Assembly: GCA_030141605.1 (NCBI GenBank)
Contig: JAQGDQ010002484.1
Coordinates: forward strand, 1 to 19,507
Direction: 5' to 3'
Length of the DNA: 19,507 nucleotides
DNA from: Tubiluchus corallicola
Taxonomy: Eukaryota; Animalia; Priapulida
The notes below the pieces were generated by a model. It made no database searches, was not told where the DNA came from, and worked only from the letters and a program-made list of their open reading frames with translations. Below are positions 17,962 to 19,507 of the stretch, in pieces; position 1 is the stretch's first letter; each line of letters starts with the position of its first letter. The translations under genes were made by a program, and so were the position numbers.

Positions 17962-19188
17962 TTACATCCTTATCTCTTTTAAATGGTGCAAATTAACATT
18001 ATATAATATTCCTATTGAGAATACTACAGTCCATAAAGAACTTCCACCGTAACTCACTAAAGGTAATGGTATTCCTGTCACTGGAAGTAAACCAGTTATT
18101 ACATATGTATTAATCAAAAATTGGATAAAAATTAAACCTCCTATACCAATAGCCATATATTTTCCAAACCTATCAGTAACTTCTATAGCTGTTGCCATAG
18201 CCATCCAAATAATAATTAGCATAAATAGTGATAAAAATACTGTCCCTAAAAATCCCCATTCTTCTCCAATAGACGCTAATATAAAATCTGTATGAATTTC
18301 AGGTAAGTAGCTAAACTTTTGTATTCCATTTCCGTAACCTTTGCCAAAAATTCCTCCACTTCCAAGTGCAATTAGTGATTGATTAATTTGATAACCAATA
18401 TCATTATCATATTCATTATATAGTAAACCATTTATATAACTTTTTATTCTTTGATCTCTAAAGCTTGCTTTTTCCTCCACTGTAGTATATGATATCAATA
18501 GGCTTATTCCTATAACAACTAAGAAGATCACAACCAGCTCAAGTATAATTTTTAAGTCAATTTTCGAAACAAATAACATTACCACTGCAATACCAAAGTA
18601 ATGGATTGCTGTACCTAAGTCTCTTTGAAAATAAATCATCAAAAAATAAAAAAACATTAAAGGTACTATGTTAAAAATAACTTTAAAATTTTTAAAATCT
18701 TTAATATCAAAACTTGACAATCCTTTTGATAGAATGATTATATAGACAATTTTCAATATTTCAGATGGTTGCAAATTGTAAAAACCTAAATTTATCCACC
18801 TTCTACTTCCATTAATATTTGGAACTAAATTTTGTAAATAACCAAAATTAGCTATTACTACTAAGCTTAATAATGAAATAGAAATAAAAACAAAAAACAA
18901 TATAAACGTTCTTTTCGCATATATTTTATAAGGTGTTACTATTGCTATAGGAAAAATAATAAATAATGTCAATAATAAAGTAAACTGTTTTTTTAAAAAA
19001 AATTCTCCAACATTAAATTTTGTTAAAGATGAATAGAAACTAGCACTTGCAATACTAAGAGTTCCTATTAAAAGTAATGCAAGTGTTGAAATAAATAATA
19101 GTACTCTTCTAGTTTTATTTCTAGATATTTTATTATCTTTTTCTATTTGTAAGTTTTTTTCATATAAAACCTTACTACTTGCATTCAT
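17962..19188 (-). CDS. FtsW/RodA/SpoVE (SEDS) family peptidoglycan glycosyltransferase
   Basis: NGSRRWINLG..LQPSEILK, QRDLGT, GYQINQSLIALGSGG.FGKG.G, LPEIHTDFI and LLPVTGIPLPLVSYGGSS; multiple TM helices. More FtsW-like, but FtsW versus RodA is not certain. Confidence 0.93.
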   Translation of the reverse strand: MNASSKVLYEKNLQIEKDNKISRNKTRRVLLFISTLALLLIGTLSIASASFYSSLTKFNVGEFFLKKQFTLLLTLFIIFPIAIVTPYKIYAKRTFILFFVFISISLLSLVVIANFGYLQNLVPNINGSRRWINLGFYNLQPSEILKIVYIIILSKGLSSFDIKDFKNFKVIFNIVPLMFFYFLMIYFQRDLGTAIHYFGIAVVMLFVSKIDLKIILELVVIFLVVIGISLLISYTTVEEKASFRDQRIKSYINGLLYNEYDNDIGYQINQSLIALGSGGIFGKGYGNGIQKFSYLPEIHTDFILASIGEEWGFLGTVFLSLFMLIIIWMAMATAIEVTDRFGKYMAIGIGGLIFIQFLINTYVITGLLPVTGIPLPLVSYGGSSLWTVVFSIGILYNVNLHHLKEIRM

Positions 19189-19222
19189 TTTTTACCTCTT
19201 TAAGAAAATAGTAATAAAAAAA

Positions 19223-19299
19223 TGGCGTCCCTGGTAGGATTCGAACCTACGACTCCGTGGTTAACAGCCACGTGCTCTAACCAACTGAGCTACAGAGAC
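19223..19299 (-). tRNA. tRNA-Asn (GTT)
   Basis: Full 77-nt cloverleaf: acceptor GTCTCTG/CAGGGAC, D-arm GCTC/GAGC, anticodon arm CGTGG-CTGTTAA-CCACG, T-arm GTAGG-TTCGAAT-CCTAC, G73 and encoded CCA. Confidence 0.98.
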
Positions 19300-19380
19300 A
19301 TCCATACATAAATATTATGTAAAAATGTATAAAAGAGAAAAAGATCAAAAGAATAAAAATATTAGAAGAAGAAAAGAAAA

Positions 19381-19507
19381 AGTAAAATTAGTACTGGTCA
19401 GCTAAATAAGTTACCTCACTTACACCTCCAGCCTATCTACCTTCTGTTCTAGAAGGTTACCATAAGTATTTATCTTGAAGTAGGTTTCTCGCTTAGATGC
19501 TTTCAGC
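19381..19507 (-). rRNA. rrl: 23S rRNA, 3' end (partial; continues beyond the window)
   Basis: Minus strand GCTGAAAGCATCTAAGCGAGAAACC...GATAGGCTGGAGGTGTAAG...TTAGCTGACCAGTACTAAT matches the conserved 23S domain VI end. The exact mature 3' end is uncertain. Confidence 0.95.

Noticed and set aside
1-19507. CRISPR array, prophage, defence island or tRNA-targeted integrative element
   Set aside because: No regularly spaced repeats, cas, phage or integrase genes were seen, and no duplicated tRNA-Asn 3' end.

Overview
Low-GC bacterial core-genome region, most likely from the Fusobacteriota (inferred from the HU N-terminus and the 23S rRNA 3' sequence). Minus-strand content from right to left: 23S rRNA 3' end, tRNA-Asn(GTT), a FtsW/RodA SEDS gene, tetR-asnS, L20 leader-infC-rpmI-rplT, pfkA (frameshifted)-pyk, pncB, recR and uvrA-ruvA-PIN/PhoH (truncated). 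A plus-strand block (10.6-14.3 kb) carries a GH3 NagZ-type hexosaminidase, HU, an orphan BMP lipoprotein and a CvfB-like S1 protein. A decayed IS6-family element, missed by the ORF track, lies between recR and its probable promoter. I see no clearly novel multi-gene system. The main oddities are: no 5S rRNA after the 23S; a 23S 3' end that appears to lack H98 and the canonical H1 strand; a G1-C72 tRNA-Asn; a TetR gene apparently co-transcribed with asnS; the IS remnant in the recR leader; a split pfkA; and a PhoH gene ending in a triple-stop palindrome at the window edge.
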